A stretch of 64,000 nt of DNA from Raja brachyura (taxonomy: Eukaryota). Under the pieces are notes generated by a model. That model saw nothing but the letters and a program-made list of their open reading frames with translations. It searched no databases and was not told the origin of the DNA. Where the stretch lies: NCBI GenBank assembly GCA_963514005.1, contig OY740790.1, forward strand, positions 15,872,001-15,936,000, in the 5' to 3' direction. The position numbers and the translations under genes are program-made. Shown here piece after piece: positions 1 to 12,183 of this stretch (position 1 is its first letter; the number at the start of each line of letters is the position of its first letter).

Positions 1-760
1 CATACGAAAAAATAAGCAACAAGACACACAACTGCGTAAAAATTAACATAAACATCCACCACAGCAGATTCCCCTCATTCCTCACTGTGATGGAAGCCAA
101 AAAAGTCCAATCTTCCTCTTTACTCTCCCGCGGTCGGGGCAGGCGAACCATCATCGCGGTGATCAAAGCTCCTGCAGCCGGCGGTCGAATCCCCCGCATT
201 GGGGCGATCGAAACACCCGTGTCAGGGCGATCGAAACTCCCATGTCAGGACAATTGAAACTCCCGTGTCGGGACGATCGAAACTCCCGTGTCAGGGCGAT
301 CGAAACTCCCGCTTCGGGGCAGTCGAAACTCCCGTGGCTTGGAGTTCCCGAAGTTGGTCTGACCAGAGACCGTGGGCTCCGTGATATTAAAGTCCGCCGC
401 GCCCATGGTTGGTGCTCTGAGGTCGATCCCTGGCAAAGGGGTCGCGAGCTCAACGATGTTAAAGTCCCGTAGGCTCCCTGCAGTGGAGCTCTCGAAATCG
501 GTCTCCAGCAAAGGCCGCCAACTCCTCGATGTTAGGCCGTAGTGCGGACGGAGATACGATACGGAACAAAATCGCATCTCCATCGAGGTAAGAGATTAGA
601 ATAATTTTCCCCCAACCTTCCCCCCCCCCCCCCCACCCCCCACATAAAACAAGTTAAAGAACACTAAAAACACCCATTTAACACATACAATTAAAACACA
701 AAGCAGGAAAGGACAGACAGACTGTTGGCGAGGCAGCCATTGCTGACGCCACCCGGAAAT
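1..760 (-). mobile_element. Non-coding retroposon with internal 23-bp VNTR (longer relative at ~41078-41656; 3' stubs at ~18984-19150 and 57580-57750)
   Basis: Colinear with 41150-41656; CpG-rich; about 7 units of CGATCGAAACTCCCGTGTCAGGG at ~182-342; other copies end in AATAAA plus a (TTGAA)-type tail on minus. Confidence 0.7.
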
Positions 761-1833
761 GTACCCACAATTCGGATTTAGCACTCAATTAAAACTTTTC
801 AATTTTAAGTACAGTGCCTGGAACATTCCTCTGAGTCCAATAAATGTATTGGGGACAAAAGCTGACATATTTTAGGAATGAGAGCTGTTGGTTTTCTGTT
901 TACAAATGAGAAGTTGGAACAGTCAACTGAAAGAGATCCAACTCATTGGAATAAAGCACAGAACAATCCAGAGGTCCCATTTACTAATTAAAGGCGAGAC
1001 TAAATTCCTAGCTTTGTGGTCAGAGGGGATCCTGCATATGCAAAAGTCCTGGAACATTACGTAAATAAAACAATTTGTGGCCTAGAAATTCATTAACATA
1101 GCACACCATGTGCTAAAATGACACAGGGAAGTACTTATGCCTTTCTGCCATATGTGTGTGGTTTTCAAGTTCACACCCCAGATAGGAATTTACGTGCTTA
1201 GGATGGGTCAATCATGGTTTTCTCATGAACATGTATTAAGCGCCAGCAATTTTAGGAGCCCTGTACCATTTGCTGAAACCTTTTAGTGCTAATCAATGTA
1301 ATTTGTGAACTCTAAAAGGGTAGGTGGCCACTGAATCAAACAAATAATGGATTTTCTTCTGCCTTTTCTAAGGCAGTCCCTCAGCAATGATGATAACTAG
1401 TTCCCACTCCAGTTCTGTGTGTTCTGAGGTGGCTAATGTAGCCTCACTAAAGACTTTAACACTCTTCTCAAATTTAGCTTCCTGATTGAAGTTTGATTAC
1501 AGGAGCGTTTATATTTATTGTACTGAGCAGGGGAGGCCTCATGCATGAACATGTGTCCCTCTACAACTCCTCTTCTCCATATATAAACTCAGGCAAAAAA
1601 GTTTTAAATATTATCTATTGGTTTTGAGAGACCCGCTTATAGGTGTATTTATTAGCTCATTTTTTTTCATCGGACCTGTGTTTTGATGCTAAAGGCAATT
1701 TGTAAACAAAAATCAGTGGCACCTAGCATAATAATGTTTTTTTATAATGGACTTGGAAGTAGTATGCTAGCCACCTCCTACGAAGGTCCCATTCAGCAGG
1801 ATCTTGGACAATTTGTGGGAGACAAATACTGTA

Positions 1834-2123
1834 GCTTAGTTTAGCGATACAGCTTGGAAACGGGCCCTCCAGCCCACCGAGTCCACGCCAACCAATGATC
1901 ACCCATTCACGCTAGTTCTATCCTACACATAGAGGGACCATTTACATTTTTGACCATTTACAGAAACTAATTAACTTGCAAACTTGCATGTCTTTGGAAT
2001 GTGGGAGGAAACTGGAGCACCCAGAGAAAATGTTCTCCCTGTGACTGCACAAACTCCGTACAGACGGTACCCGTAGTCAGGATCAAACCCGGGTCACTGG
2101 CGCAGTAATACAGCAACTCTACC
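1834..2123 (-). mobile_element. tRNA-derived SINE, same family
   Basis: Colinear with 55033-55344. Confidence 0.8.
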
Positions 2124-2550
2124 AGTAACTTAATCCAGTATTTCTGCTATAAAAACTGAAAATGCTGGAGATATTTTGCAGATCATGCTCAGGAGACGAA
2201 GAAATGAATTTGCAATATATTTGTATCAATAAAAGACATACATCGGAATTGTTCTTATTTCTCTCTCCAGGGATATATCAAGTATATAAGTAAATTTTAA
2301 TAAAATGATTATTCAGATTCTAATTCATTATATTGCCGAATATGGTCCTTGGAGTGTAATTAAATTATTTATGTTATGAGCTGTTAGTTTTATTTTGGAG
2401 AAGATATTTATGCAGTTACTTCAGCCTTGACAATATATGTAGTTAATTCAGCCTTGACGATTGCTTGAACTAGGGACCAAAGAACAGAACATCATTCATT
2501 GTTTTCCAACGTTTTCCAATTTTACCTTTTCTCTTTCTTTATATGTGCAG

Positions 2551-2826
2551 AGCCGCCTCCAATAATTCAGGTGCCCAACAATGTTACTGCCGTTCCTGGG
2601 GAGAGGGCCATACTCACCTGCTTGACACTCAGCACAGTGCGTTACAACCTCACCTGGAGTAGAAATGGCTTTGACCCAAGACTGGCAGAGAGACACAGGG
2701 TGCGAGTAATGAGCAACCTGTCTCTGGAGATCAGGAGTGTGCAGCCAGCCGATGCTGGCCCATACAGCTGTGTCGCTGCAAATGAAGGGGGGGCCACCTC
2801 TGCTTCTATCTACTTGATTGTGCAAG
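2551..2826 (+). CDS. HMCN1: HMCN1 exon A (276 nt, phase 1-1, one whole Ig domain)
   Basis: Pyrimidine tract + tgcag|AGCCG...GTGCAAG|gtaggt; EPPPIIQVPNNVTAVPGERAILTC...DAGPYSCVAANEGGATSASIYLIVQ. Confidence 0.95.
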
Positions 2827-3059
2827 GTAGGTTGCTTAATTAAACTTTAAGGATAATTTTGTGCTTAATTTCACCCCCCACTATCTGAACATAAAAGCAG
2901 TTAGCAAATTTTTTTTTAAACCTGCACAATTCAATTGCTCCTCACAAACATGTAAGGAGGTACTTTTTACATTACGGAAGTGACAAAGCACCACTAAGTC
3001 AATATGAATATAATCTTTGGAATCCGGGAAGGCTGTTCAGCTTTATTTTGTCGCTTTGC

Positions 3060-3680
3060 CTCACTTGAATGTTTGCAACATCTGGGCCTTGTTAATGGCT
3101 GCCTAGAGTATAATGGCAGGGATGTTAAACTAAACTTTTATAAACCTCTGGTTCTGTCTCAAATGGAGTATTATGTTCATATTACAGTGGGTCCAGATAA
3201 GATTTATGAGAATGGTTCCTGAGATAAAGACCACAGTTATGAGGGTGGTTTATTTAGAGAAGTTGAGAGGACTCAACTTCTTATTGAGAGAAGTTGAGAA
3301 GCGGAGAGTGGCTGAGATTTGTTATAAGTATATAAAATGATCATGAGTATAGACAAAATGTTTGGTGCAAAGCTCCATCCCTTTGGTGGGAGTTTGATGA
3401 CTGGAGATTACAGGATTTAAATTAATGGGAAGAGAATGAGGCATGTCAAATTTTGTTTATGTAGCATGTTCTTGGAATCTGGAACACTGCCTGCAGATGT
3501 GGTGAAGGTAGGTTCCATTGTGGCCTTCGAGAGAGAATTAGATAATTATATTGTGACAAAAAAATTACAAATCTTTGGAGAAAGAGTCTGTGAGTGGAAC
3601 CAGTGAATTGCTCTGCTCGAGGTCCGGTGCTGATGTAATGGACTGAAGGGTCTCAGCTGCATCCATCTGTGTTGATGCTA
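3060..3680 (+). mobile_element. Highly degenerate CR1 3' fragment
   Basis: YKPLVLSQMEYYV (PHLEY-like); WNTLP-like sequence. Confidence 0.55.
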
Positions 3681-4834
3681 TTTTAATTGAGCCCATATGT
3701 TTTCTGCTATATTATCTTACCTGCTGCCATTTACTATTATTTCCATTCTACATCAACTTTTCAATATGAGGATATAAAACATAGAAAAGTCATCCAACCG
3801 CAATGAGAACATGCTGTGCCATTGCAGTGTAATATTGAAAATACAACAAATCATTTTGTGTTCATTTGGTTTGATAAACAAGGGAATGATGCCATGGCTG
3901 AATGAGGGGACATTGTCTTAAGGTGGGTGATGGGAAACTCACTTGAAAGGATTTTGAATGATATTTGAAGGCAGGATGAAGCCTGCCTTCAAATATCATG
4001 GAATTGGGTTCTTGGAGGCTTTGTCACTAATACTGAAGGGGGTACTACCATGTCTAAATTGGCTATTTTTGTACAGGCCACTAAAATATTGATTTTGTTG
4101 TTGCATTACACTTTTAATTTAAAATAGCCTTTGTGTTTGGACTTCTGACACCTTTGGATATGTAAGATTAACAACTGCTACGTTTTACTTTTGATGAGTG
4201 AGGGATATCAATTCTCATAAACTTGCTGCTCTCTTTGTGCACACAGAGTGAGGGTGTAGCAGGTGAGCAGAGATTACTCTTGGCTTTGTTTCTTCACACA
4301 TTCTTTTGCCTGCTTGTAAGTTGTAAATAGTATTACAGGTCAGGCAGATGGTTTCAGAAGGGTGGATTGAATACTGCCTTCTCTTTTCAGCCTGGGTTGA
4401 AAATACAAAGATTTGGGAAAAGTATTGAGCGCTCTCTCTGTACCATGTTCTTTGTTGTGAGTAATTTATCTCTTGGATACCAGAATGTCCTTCTCTTGCA
4501 AACAGCTGCCAGGATGGCCTAAAGACAGTTAATTGCCATGTACTACACCCTGGATAATAGTCATTAAACCTTCTTTGATGTGAGATCATTACACAAAGCT
4601 TTTTAAAGTTGGGAGGTCATCTTCGAGGTAGAGTGAGTTGAATACGATTTATTTATTTAACAAGGTTAGAAAGGGAATAGAGGTTTCCCGTTCAAATTTT
4701 AAAAAGCAATCCCTGTAGATTTTAAATTTACTAAAGACGCACTTTGAAACTTTCTGAAATCAGTAATGAAATTTGTGTTCAATATTTTAAAAATGAGTTT
4801 CCATCCAAACCAAGTTGCCAATTAAGAACACAAA

Positions 4835-5290
4835 CTATAGAGTCATAAAGTCATGGAGTTGCACAGTTTAGAAGTGGGCTGTTCAGCTCATGATGCCAAC
4901 CTTTTTACCTATCTGCATCAATCCCAATGCCTGCAGTAGGTCTATATCCATCAATGCCTTACTTAGTCAAATGCCTGTCTAAATGTCTCTTGAATGTATC
5001 ATTTGTATCTGACACCAGTACCTCCTCTGGCAAAGAGTTTCAGAGATTAATCACTCTCTGTGTATAAAAACTTTCTCCTCAGATCTCCTTCCTCCCATTT
5101 TAGACTTGTGCCCTCTTGTTTCTGATACCTCCAATATGGGAATAAGATTCTGGCTATCTACCTGATCCATGTCGCTTAGAATTTTATAGACCGCTATCAA
5201 GTCACACCTCCCTTGATCCAGTGAAAACAACCTCAACCTATCCTATCACTCTCCATCACTGAAGTTCTACAATCCATGTAACATCCAAGT
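4835..5290 (-). mobile_element. Degenerate CR1 3' fragment
   Basis: LFSLDQ..DLIAVYKIL, TRGH; CR1-type 3' UTR. Confidence 0.7.
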
Positions 5291-5841
5291 GTAGAAAACA
5301 AAATGATGTACTTCAGCTGGCTTGTCCCAAGTTTTCATTTGCCCTTCCAGAACAATTTAAACAAAATTGCATCTCCTCACACTTTGTCTACCCTCATTTT
5401 TGATCCGTAATAAATAAATCGTAAATGGTGCTGGAGTGAATAGTTATGAAAGGTTATTTTAATATGATGTCACAAAGTAAGATTTTACGCAACAGAAAGT
5501 GCTCCCATGTGTCTGTCTTAGCACAGACTCCACAGGGCAAGGAAATGTGGAAATGAATTGTTAGGTTTTGAAGACAATATTTCGGCTCCAGATTTCCCAC
5601 TTTGTTTGTAAAATTTGTAATAGACCAAATGGCTCAGTTTGAACAATAAAGCTGTGTTTTAAAATTTATTTCCCATGTTAGAAACATAGAAACATAGAAA
5701 ATAGGTGCAGGAGGTGGCCATTCGGCCCTTCAGCCAGCACCGCTATTCATTGTGATCATGGCTGATTGTCCCCAATCAATAACCCATACCTGACTTATCC
5801 CCATACCCCTTGATTCCACCTGCCCCTAGAACTCTCTCTTA

Positions 5842-7445
5842 CAGTGGCTTGCAAAAGTTTTCATACCCCTTGAACTTTTCCACATTTTGTCACGTTACAA
5901 CCACAAACGTAAATGTATTTTATTGGGATTTTATGTGATAGACCAACACAAAGTGGCACATAATTGTGAAGTGGAAGGAAAATTATACATGGTTTTCAGT
6001 TTTTTTTTCAAATAAAAAACTGAAAAGTGTGGCGTGCAAAAGTATTCAGCCCCCCTGAGTCAATACTTTGTAGAACCACCTTTCGCTGCAATTACAGCTG
6101 CAAGTCTTTTGGGATATGTCTCTACCAGCTTTGCACATCTAGAGACTGAAATTTTTGCCCATTCTTCTTTGCAAAATAGCTCAAGTTCAGTCAGATTGGA
6201 TGGAGAGCGTCTGTGAACAGCAATTTTCAAGTCTTACCAGAGATTCTCAATTGGATTTAGGTCTGGACTTTGACTGGGCCATTCTAACACGTGAATATGC
6301 TTTGATCTAAACCATTCCATTGTGCTCTGGCTTTATGTTTAGGGTCATTGTCCTGCTGGAAGGTGAACCTCCGCCCCAGTCTCAAGTCTTTTGCAGACTC
6401 TAACAGGTTTTCTTCCAAGATTGCCCTGTATTTGGCTCCATCCATCTTCCCATCAACTCTGACCAGCTTCCCTGTCCCTGCTGAAGAAAAGCATCCCCAC
6501 AGCATGATGCTGCCACCACCATGTTTCACAGTGGGGATGGTGTGTTCAGGGTGATGTGCAGTGTTAGTTTTCCGCCATACATAGCATTTTGCATTTAGGC
6601 CAAAAACTTCAATTTTGGTCTCATCAGACCAGAGCACCTTCCTCCACATGTTTGCTGTGTCCCCCACATGGCTTGTGGCAAACTGCAAACGGGACTTCTT
6701 GTTTCAACAATGGCTTTCTTCTTGCCACTCTTCCATAAAGGCCTGATTTGTGGAGTGCACGACTAATAGTTGTCCTGTGGACAGATTTTCCCACCTGAAC
6801 TGTAGATCTCTGCAGCTCCTCCAGAGTTACCATGGGCCTCTTGGCTGCTTCTCTGATCAATGCTCTCCTTGCCCGGCCTGTCAGTTTAGGTGGACGGCCA
6901 TGTCTTGGTAGGTTTGTAGTTGTGCCATACTCTTTCCATTTTTGGATGATGGATTGAACAGTGCTCCGTGAGATGTTCAAAGCTTGGGTATTTTTTTATA
7001 ACCTAGCCCTGCTTTAAACTTCTCCACAACTTTATCCCTGACCTGACTGGTGTGTTCCTTGGGCTTCATGATGCTGTTTGTTCACTAATGTTCTCTAACA
7101 AACCTCTGAGGCCTTCACAGAACAGCTGTATTTATACTGAGATTAGATTACACCCAAGTGGACTCTATTTAATAATTAGTTGACTTCTGAAGACAATTGG
7201 TTGCACTGGATTTTATTTAGGGGTATCAGAGTAAAGGGAGCTGAATACTTTTGCATGCCACACTTTTCAGTTTTTTACTTGTAAAAAAAATTTGAAAACC
7301 ATAATTTTCCTTCCACTTCACAATTATGCGCCACTTTGTGTTGGTCTATCACATAAAATCGCATTAAAATACATTTACGTTTGTGGTTGTAACGTGACAA
7401 AATGTGGAAAAGTTCAAGGGGTATGAAAGCTTTTGCAAGCCACTG
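5842..7445 (-). mobile_element. Tc1/mariner transposon (Passport-like, IR/DR type), full length, defective transposase ~7069-6060
   Basis: TA|CAGTGGCTTGCAAAAG...CTTTTGCAAGCCACTG|TA; ~210-bp TIRs with inner and outer direct repeats; motifs [31 protein letters not shown]; frameshifts and an in-frame stop; inserted in a CR1 3' fragment. Confidence 0.95.
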
Positions 7446-7504
7446 TAAATCCATCCAGTGATTTGGCCTCCACTGCCCTCTGTTGTCCTCTTGTCTCAAC
7501 TCTA

Positions 7505-8860
7505 CCAATACACTTGAGCATTCAAAAGCAATAGAGTAGTCATAGTGGGTGACTTCAACTTTCCTAATATTAACAGTGGCTTGCTTGGTACAAAAGACAT
7601 ACAAGAGGCAGAATTTATTAAATGTATCCAAGAAGGTTTCCTAAAATAGTATGTGGACACTCCTACTTAATTAGGAATGATACTGGACCTGGGAAACATC
7701 TGGCCAGGTAGATTTAGTGAAACAGCATTTTTGGGGATAGTGATCACATCTCCATAAATGTTAATGTTGTAGGAAGGAACTGCAGATGCTCGTCTAAACC
7801 GAAGATAGCCCCAAAATGCTACAGTAACTCAGCAGGACAGGCAACATCTCTCGATTGAAGGAATGGGTGACGTTTTGGGTTGAGACCCTTCTTCAGACTC
7901 CTCTGGATAGAAGGAATGGCAGACTTTTTGCGTCAAGATCCTTCTTCAGACCTTGACTGAAGAAGGGTCTTGACTGAAAAAGTCACCCATTCCTTCTATC
8001 CTGAGATGCTGCATGTCCTGCTGAATTACTCCAACATTTTGTGTCTATCTTCCATAAGTTTTAAGATTATTTTGAATAGGAATAAGTCTGGTGGTTGGGG
8101 AAACGTCTGAAATTGGAGTAAGGCAAATTACAATATTATTATGTGTAGGAAGGAACTGCAGATGCTGGGGTTTACACCAAAGATAGACACACATTGCTGG
8201 AGTAAGTCAGCAGGACAGGCAACATCTCTGGAGAGAAGGAATGGGTAATGTTTCGGGTAGAGACCCTTCTTCAGTCTGCAGAAGGATCTCGACTTAAAAT
8301 GTCACCCATTCCTTCTCTCCAGAGATGCTGCCTGTTCCTTAGTCTTACAACATTATTAAGCAGGGGCTAGGGAGAGTAAGTTGGCAGTAGTGGGTATTTG
8401 GTAAGTCTGCCTTTAAAGGCCAATTGATCAATGTTCATGACCAACATGGTCCAGTACGGAGGAGGGATAAGGATGACTTAGTGAGAGAACCTTGGACGAC
8501 CAAACAGGTTGTAAATTTGATCAAAAGAAAAATAAACTGCATGTAAGGTTTAAGAAGATGAAATCTGGTAGGTGCTTTGAATATAAAGCAAGTAGTAAAA
8601 AAATCAAGTGGGTGATTAAAGGGGCCAAAGGCGGACATGAGAAGGAAGCCCTGGTGAGTTGGATTAAAGGAAACTCAAGGTTTTTTTATGCACGTTAAAA
8701 ACAAATGTGCAATTAGGGAGAAGGTAGGGCCACTTAAGTTGGGAATTTGTACATCGAGTCAAAGGATGCAGGTGCCGCACTATATGAGTATTTTACATCT
8801 GTATTCAGAAGATTAAGATGCACTGGATGCATGGTGACTTGATCGTACTGATTCAGAACG
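7505..8860 (+). mobile_element. Old CR1 ORF2 (endonuclease/linker) fragment interrupted by Penelope-derived palindromes
   Basis: VIVGDFNFPNI motif at ~7538; IKGAKGGHE...IKGNSRFFY. Confidence 0.65.
7768..8342. repeat. Two palindromic Penelope-terminus-derived repeats; further copies at ~10303-10395, 13399-13497, 14563-14676, 18587-18720, 19905-19999, 21025-21199
   Basis: Shared unit CTGAAGAAGGGTCTCGACCCGAAACGTCACCCATTCCTTCTCTCCAGAGATGCTGCCTGTCCCGCTGAGTTACTCCAGCA, often head-to-head. Confidence 0.8.
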
Positions 8861-10592
8861 GGCTTACTCATAGAAGGCGGGGAGTTAAAAACATAGAAAC
8901 ATAGAAAAATAGGTGCAGGAGTAGGCCATTCGGCCCTTTAAGCCAGCACCGCCATTCAATATGGTCATGGCTGATCATCGAAAATCAGTACTCCGTTCCT
9001 GCTTTTTCCTGATATCCCTTGATTCCTTGTGGTGAAAGGATGTCATATTGGCTGGAGTTTTGTGTGGAAGAGCCTGCTCCTGTGGTGTGCAGTTTTATTT
9101 TCTGTGTATTCAGAGGCCATCTCTTCTGTGGACACTTATTTCATGCGACACTACATTCATGTCAATCACCATTGGCTACATGTAAATTTAAAACGTGGGT
9201 ATTTCTCTTGTCTATAAAGTTGTCCTCAATCCACCTTTGCACCATGAAAGTTTAAAATTATTGGACACTTTGTAGAACCATTTTTGTAGAACCCCCTTCT
9301 CTATTTAAAAGCATCTTCTAATAATTTACCACTCCAAATCCTTCCATCATTTTTTTAATGGATACTTATCTTTTCTGCATTTTGTTGAATTGCTTCATTA
9401 TGAGAGGATAAAGGTAATTGTAAAGCTATTAAACTATTTGAACAATCTTTGTGCATTTGTCTTAATGTTCCACTTGTTTCTCAGTCTTGGTAGTCCGTAG
9501 CTGAGATTGAGAATGATTTCCAATAAATGATGCACATTAGCATTGTACATTATCACCCAAAGTCAAAATCACCCCCTCCTTTGCTAAATTCATTGCATAA
9601 TAGCTGTCTGAATGTAATTCTTTTTTTTTTAAACATATCTCCCCACGCACTGGTATCAGAAATGACTTAAATTAACAAAATTATATAATGCAAGCAAATC
9701 ACGCAACGTTTCAATGTTTGAAATCCAACTCTTTAAATTCTAGACATCTTTTTCCCAAAAATGCATATTTGTTCTTGCTTCTGGCAGTATTGTAGTTGTT
9801 TGGATGGACATTCCTAGTCTTAGATCAATTAGCTGGTAGTGTGGTCTCAAAATACTTTACTTTGCCAAATGTGTATCAAGGAATCGGTAAATTTAAAACA
9901 GTGAATGGTGAACTGGGAGAAGAAAGAATGCTGAGGAGGCAAGTTCTTGAGGAGCAATGAGACCACTGGTGGAAAAATTTAGAAAACATGAAAATTCCCA
10001 GACCAATTATACAGCATCACAAGAGAAGGCAGCACAAACATCCTGTGCATCCAGAGTTACTCAACACTGTCATTCTGACTGCTGGACTCCACACAAAATC
10101 TATTAATGAAGTGCCAACATCCTGCAGATTCCCAGCATTTTCCCAGGGAAATCTAATGTGAACCAGTGCCTAGTTAGACCTGGGTCAGGTTTAGTGACTC
10201 AATTAATTTCCATGGATGAGGGGAGGGAGAAAGATATGTAACATGTTATTTATATTAATTGAGTTATTTCAGATCAATTCAAATGTATTAAATTATCTTC
10301 AAAATGACACAAAGTGCTGGAGTAATTCAGCAGGTCAGGCAGCATCTCTGGTGAACATGGGTAGGTGAGGTTTCCGGTTGAGACTCTTCTTTAGTCCCAG
10401 ATAATTCAGTTTAATAATCTTACTTGTTTTCCAGTGTCTTAAAGTTTAGTTTTAAAACTCTAATTTGAATGCTACACTTTTGTATTTAATAGTATAGGAA
10501 TATTATTTCCATGTTTGAGATTACTGAAGACATTCAACATTTTTGCCTGCTTGTTTGCCTGGCTGTCAGATCATTTTTGGGGCAGAATAGTG

Positions 10593-11609
10593 TAGCAATG
10601 TTACAAAATTTTGAGATAAAAAAAATCAAGTCTGCAATTTTATCCCACCAGATAAAGCATAAAAATAAGTTTAATTTGACACCTAATTCACTTTCATATC
10701 TTCAGTATTAAAAAAGTTATGGTCATTTTCATACTCGGAAATTAGCATCTTGTTCCCCATTGCCTTTCCATTGACTTAACACAAAAGCTGTGTCAAAAAC
10801 CCATAACTTTCTTAAAAATTAAGAGAACTCAATTACATTTTCAGTTATTATAGATTGAAGCATTCTGAAACAAATATGAAACAATATTACTTGGATGACC
10901 TGATATTAAAGCATATAATTAGTTATTTACCTAATTGTAGCTAATTACAAAATTCAATTACTTGACCTAAACATCTATCCGTTTCTTAAGAAAAGATAAA
11001 CTTTTTTAAATTGCCTAAGTGTCCAAATAACATTCACACAGTAATTCACAATATAACATGATTTTTAAATCTAATTTTCATGAATTTATAGGCCAAATGG
11101 AAGGAATTTAGTTTTTAATTCCCGTAAATTAATGGCCATTTAAATCAACTTGCGAGTGGGTTTTAGGGAACGCCGTGGATTGGAACGTTTCGGTTTGCGG
11201 TGAAGTCGGCAGGAAAAACACTGCCGGTTCATGCATTTTTTTGTCCCCATTTCGCAACATGAAATGTGATTAAAGGCTTCCTAAAAACCAAGTTTTAATG
11301 TAAAAATAAACTATGTACTTTATTTTCTCCCCTACGTAAAATCCTTCCCGTTGTCGGCGCTCACGGCTTTAGAAGATGATTTTTAAATTACTCCAGTTAA
11401 TAAATAATCGCTTCATGAATGAAATGTCGGAGCGATTTTTCTTCAGCACGAAATCCCCTAATATGGATCGATTTGCCCTGTCTGTGGAAAAACGGCAGTT
11501 TAAACACGCCCCCCCCCCCCCCCCCCCCGCCCTGAAAGGCGCCAAAGTCACACACACGGGGAGTTGCAGAACTGCAGCGCTGCTCAAGGTAAGTTTTGTA
11601 ACATACCTA
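10593..11609. mobile_element. Non-autonomous DNA transposon, copy 1 (16-bp imperfect TIR, 7-bp TSD)
   Basis: TAGCAATGTTACAAAA...TTTTGTAACATACCTA; AATAGTG duplicated at 10586-10592 and 11610-11616; no coding capacity. Confidence 0.88.
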
Positions 11610-11616
11610 AATAGTG

Positions 11617-11966
11617 AAAGGCTTGGACAGAGTGGAAATGGAGAGGATGTTTCCACTTGTGGAAGAATCAAGGACTAGATGTTATAACCTCAGAATTAAA
11701 GGAGGTTCTTTTAGGAAGGAGATGAGGATTGTTTAATCAGAGGGTGGTGAATCTGTGGAATTCTTTGCCGCAGAAGGCTGCGGAGGCAGTCAGTGGATAT
11801 ATTTAAGGGAGAGATAGATAGATTCTTGATTAATAGGGGTGTCAGAAGTTATGGGGAGAAGGCAGGATAATGGGGTTAGGAGGGAGAGATAGATCAACCA
11901 TGATTGAATGGCGCAGTAGACTTTATGAGCCAAATAGCCTAATTCTACTCCTATCACGTGATCTTA
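11617..11966 (+). mobile_element. CR1/HER1 3' end
   Basis: QRVVNLWNSLPQKA, GYGEKAG, 3' UTR. Confidence 0.8.
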
Positions 11967-12183
11967 TGGTGTGTTTACCTTTATCGGTGGGAAGATAGTA
12001 TACTGCTCAGACCCCTGCTGATCAGGAGCCTTGTTATTCCAGTTCAATGCAAGAAGGCAAGGAGCAAGTCATGGCAGCTCGCTGGTCACAGGAGATTCCA
12101 AATTTAAACTAGGTGGGTTGAACAGAAAATCCATTGGATTAATGCAGCTAGTGAGTCATTTATTGCAAATTACTGGTGAAAAG

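Noticed and set aside
182-342. CRISPR-like array
   Set aside because: Contiguous 23-bp tandem units with no unique spacers, no cas genes, and a vertebrate intron context.
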